Source: Squalus acanthias (lineage: Eukaryota). Taken from it: a stretch of DNA of 64,000 nucleotides. The stretch covers positions 158,908,001 to 158,972,000 of the forward strand of contig CM059431.1 in assembly GCA_030390025.1 (NCBI GenBank), in the 5' to 3' direction. This document shows positions 60,725 to 64,000 of this stretch, in pieces. A model generated the notes under the pieces. That model searched no databases. It saw only the letters and a list, made by a program, of their open reading frames with translations, and was not told the origin of the DNA. The translations under genes were made by a program, and so were the position numbers. Every line of letters starts with the position of its first letter. Position 1 is the first letter of the stretch.

Positions 60725-63700
60725 TTAGAACATAACAACATAAGAAATAGGAGCAGGCGTAGGTCATTTGGCCCCTCGAGCCTGCTCCGCCATTCAATAA
60801 GATCATGGCCGATCTGATCTTGGCCTCAGCTCCACGTTCCTGCCTGTTTCCCATAACCCTTGACTCTCCTGTAGCTCAATTATCTCCACCTTAAATATAT
60901 TCAATGACTCTGCCTTCACAGCTCTCTGAGGTAGAGAATTTCAAAGATTCACGACCCTCTGAGAGAATAAATTCCTCCTCATCTCCGTCTTGAATGGGCG
61001 ACCCCTTATCCTTAAACTATGTCCCCTAGTTCTGGAGTCCACCACTAGGGGAAACATCCTTTCAGCATTTACCCTGTCAATCCCCCTCAGAATTGTATGT
61101 TTCAATAAGATCACCTCTCATTCTTCGAAACTCAAATGAGAATAGGCCCAACCTGCTCAACCTTTCCTCATAAGACAACCCTTCTTTCACAGGAATCAAC
61201 CTCGTGAACCTTCTCTGAACTGCCTCCAATGCAAGAAGATCCCTCCTTAAATAAGGAGACCAAAACTGTACGCAGTACTACAGGTGTGGTCTCACCAACG
61301 CCCTGTAAAGTTGTAGCAAGATTTCCCTACTTTTATTCTACATCTCCCTTGCAATAAAGGCCAACATTCCATTTGCCTTCCTAATTACTTGATATATCTG
61401 CATGCTAAGTTGTTTGTGTTTCATGTACGAGGACAACCAGATCCCTTTGTACCGCAGCATTCTGCAGTCTCGCTCCATTTAAATAATATTTTGCTTTTCC
61501 ATTCTTACTACCAAAGTGGATAACCTCACATTTTCCCAAATTTTACTCCATCTGCCAATTTTTGTGCCCACTCATTTAACCTATCTATATCCATTTGCAG
61601 ACACTTGATGCCCTCCACACAGCTTGTTTTCTCACCTATCTTTGTATCCTCAGCAAACCTGTCTACAGTACACTCGGTCCCTTCATCCAAGTCATTGAAA
61701 TACATTGTAAATAGTTGAGGCCCCAACACTGATCCCTGTGGCACCCCAGTAGTTACAGTTTGCCAACCTGAAAATTACCCATTTATCCCACTCTCTGTTT
61801 TCTGTTAGTTAGCCAATCCTCTATCCATGCTAATATATTACCCCCAACACCGTGAGCTCTTATCTTGTGCAGTAACCTTTTATTTGGTACCTTAGCGAAT
61901 GCCTTTTGGAAATCCAATTACGCTGCATCTACTGATTCCCCTTGATCCACCCTGATCGTTACATCCTCAAACAACTCAAATAAATGTTTCAAACACGATT
62001 TCCCTTTCATAAAGCCATGTTCACTCTGCTTGATTGTACTATGATTTTCTAACAGTCGTGCTGCTACTCCCTTAATAATGGAATCAAGCATTTTCCCAAT
62101 GACAGATGTTACACTAACTGGCCTATAGTTTCCTGATTTCTGTCTCGCTCCTTTCTTGAAAAGGAAAGTTACATTAGCGGTTTTCCATTGCGCTGGAAAC
62201 TTTCCAGCATCTAGAGAACCTTGGAAGATTACAACCAATGCATTCACTATTTCTGCAGCCACTTATTTTAAGACGCTAGAATGCAGGCCATCAGGCCCAA
62301 GGGATTTGTTAGCCTTTTGTCAAATTAGTTTGCCCAGTACTTTTTTTCTAGTGATAGTGATTGTTTTAAGTTCCTCCCTCACCTTTACCCCTTGATTATC
62401 TATTATTAATGGGATTCTTTTAGTGTATTCTGCCGTGAAGATAGCTGCAAAATATTTGTTCAAAGTCTCTGCCATGTCCTTGTTTTCCATTATTAATTCC
62501 CCAGTCTCAGCCTCTAAGGGACCAATACTTTTTTTTTAGCTACTCTCTTCCTTATATATACTTGGAGAAGCTTTACTGTTTGTTTGTATATTTCTTGTTA
62601 GTTTACTCTCATAATCTATTTTCCACCTTTTTATTATTTTTTAGTCATCCTTTGCTGGTTTCTAAACAATTCCAAATGTTCTGGCATACCACTTATCTTC
62701 GTAGCATTATATGCATTTTCTTTCAAATTGATACCATCCTTAACTTCCTTAGTTAGCCACGATGGTTCATCCTCCTCGTAGAGTCTTTCTTTCTCACTGG
62801 AATATATTTTGTTGAGAGTTATGAAATATCTACTTAAATGTCTGCCACTGCTTATCTGCAATTTTACCTTTAAATCTTTTTTCCCAGTCCACTTTAGCCA
62901 ACTCTGCCTTCATACCTTTGCAATTGCCTTTAGTAAAGTTTGAGACACTATTTCCAGACTAAAGTTTCTCACCCTCAAATTGAATGTGAAAATCTACATT
63001 CTATGATAACACTTCCTGGAGAATCCTTTATCATTAATTAGTCCTATCTCATGACACATTACCAGATCTAAAATAGCCTGTTCCCTGGTTGGTTCCACAA
63101 CGTATTGTTCTAAGAAAACGTCCCGAATACACTCTATGAACTCATCCTCAAGGCTACCCTTGCCAATTTGATTGGTCTAATCTATATGGAGATTAAAATC
63201 GCCAATGATTATTGCAGTACCTTTCTTACAAGCCCCCATTATTTATTGATTTATACTCTGTCCTACCGTGTAGCTACTGTTAGGTGAACTATAGACTACT
63301 CCCACCAGTGAGTTCTTTCCCTTACTATTTCTTATCTCCACCCAAACTGATTCTACATCTTGATCTTCCGAGCCAAGTTCATTTCGCACGACTGTGCTGA
63401 TCTCATCCTTTATGAACAGAGGTACACCACCTCCTTTTCCTTTCTGCCTATACTTCAGAAATGTCAAATATCCCATGAAATTCAGTTCCCAGCCTTGGTC
63501 ACCTTGCAACCACATCTCTGTAATGGCTATCAGATCATACCCATTTATTTCTATTCGTGCCGTCAATTCATCTATCTTGTTACGAATGCTGCCTGCATTT
63601 AGATAAAGTGCCTTAAATCGTGTATGTTTACGATTTTCCCTATTCTGACCCAATTTGCTCGTGCACACTTACGTTTGTACGCTCTGTCCCTTCCTGTCGC

Positions 63701-64000
63701 ACTCTGGTTATCATTACCCTTAGCGCTACCTTGCACTATTGCCATGTCCATTCTCGCTAACTTTCTAAATTACCCCAAACCTGACACCAGACCCCCACCC
63801 CCCGCCCCCGTCCACTTTTTAGTTTAAAGCACTATCTGTAGTCCTAATTATTCGATTCGCCAGGACACTGCTCCCAACATGGTTGAAGTGAAGCCCGTCC
63901 CAACAGAACTATTCCCTCTTTCCCCAGTACTAGTGGCAGTGCACCATGAATCGAAATAAATTTCACCCACTCCAAGTTTTTAGCCAACCATTCAATGCTC
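60725..64000 (-). mobile_element. CR1 LINE (end of ORF1, APE, RT, 3' tail), continues beyond the window
   Basis: ORF 63243-63668 (LYLNAGSIRNK, IAITEMWL, GGGV), 61918-62262, 61526-61744 (PQGSVLGP). Confidence 0.93.

Overview
Vertebrate, repeat-dominated DNA, almost certainly from an elasmobranch (shark/ray): it carries an HE1/V-SINE, many HER1/CR1 LINEs, L2, RTE and Penelope-like (PLE) elements. Most ORF-track entries are LINE/PLE fragments or by-products of two C/A-rich tandem arrays (about 3.7-5.9 kb, and a 12-kb array of 27-bp units at about 18.9-31.1 kb). No complete host gene is present. Between the repeats, all on the minus strand, I find scattered exons of an apparently duplicated, decaying immune-gene cluster that the ORF track misses. 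These are a decayed CD80-like C2-set Ig exon, a decayed B7/nectin-like V-set fragment, two short open phase-1 exons, an intact transmembrane exon, and two copies of a signal-peptide-like exon with an ISRE-like promoter. There are also two copies of a 96-nt phase 1-1 exon (..MAEGPNRGED..) that resembles the N-terminus of predicted cartilaginous-fish NLR proteins. The TM exon is frame-compatible with that 96-nt exon, raising the untested possibility of an Ig-TM-NLR receptor architecture. Also present: three minimal hammerhead-ribozyme motifs in PLE ends (one inside an 85-bp-arm hairpin), two near-full-length CR1 elements with different tandem 5' monomers, and a degenerate tRNA-Glu. Family assignments come from motif recognition and recall, not database searches.
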